Positions 63,812 to 64,000 of a DNA stretch of 64,000 nucleotides are shown piece by piece. The stretch spans positions 124,001-188,000 of the forward strand of contig JBEWZL010000266.1 in NCBI GenBank assembly GCA_045837725.1, given 5' to 3'. The stretch's first letter is position 1; every line of letters begins with the position of its first letter. Made by a program: the position numbers and the translations under genes. A model generated the notes under the pieces. The model was not told where the DNA came from. It worked only from the letters and a program-made list of their open reading frames with translations, and did not search any database. The stretch is from Vermamoeba vermiformis (Eukaryota).

Positions 63812-64000
63812 GCCCGGAGTAATTGTACAGTAAATGTAATTGCGAAAATGTTTGCTTAGCTGCCTATGTATACTACTAGTGCTACATTGCAATGTGCTCG
63901 TATTGAGGTTATTAGGAGTGCTCTGTGCCTGCAGCGCGAAGAGATTTACTCTGCAAAAAATTTAACGGTCGAGTCTTGCAGAACAAATCAAATATCTGTA

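Noticed and set aside
1-64000. Alternative genetic code, stop readthrough or selenocysteine, CRISPR arrays, transposases
   Set aside because: The in-frame stops I examined were explained by introns, all three stop codons terminate genes, and no repeat-spacer array or transposase/RT motif was seen.

Overview
Gene-dense, intron-rich nuclear DNA from a eukaryotic microbe. A free-living protist is inferred from the co-occurrence of an RWP-RK factor, a NAF-domain CIPK, AIP1 and short, mostly 45-60 nt spliceosomal introns. About 28 protein genes were reconstructed by joining exons at GT-AG or GC-AG boundaries. Coordinates are start-to-stop spans including introns. The genes encode a RasGAP, a prion-like F-box protein, histone H1, MED6, UEV/MMS2, ERV1, an RWP-RK factor, a PH protein, NUBPL/Ind1, mitochondrial SerRS, translin, a HIRIP3-like chaperone, a DUSP, a 13-kb HECTD4-like E3 ligase, AIP1/WDR1, catalase, an MIT-MIT-arrestin protein, PET100, a 2xRRM protein, a DHHC PAT, a UVSSA-like protein, JmjC-PHD, a PRR11-like protein, a Greatwall/IRE-type kinase, MOB, CIPK and APC8. 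No tRNA, rRNA, CRISPR array or transposase was found. The main unexplained signal is a pair of non-coding, hairpin-rich elements (about 19057-19498 and 22740-23035) in divergent intergenic gaps. They share eight colinear sequence blocks in inverted orientation and may be an unannotated structured RNA family or a pairing RNA couple. Also notable are a KCMF1-like zinc finger inserted in the SPRY domain of the giant HECT ligase, several GC-AG introns, and a CIPK with a long activation-loop insertion. All family calls come from motif recognition by eye; no database search was run.
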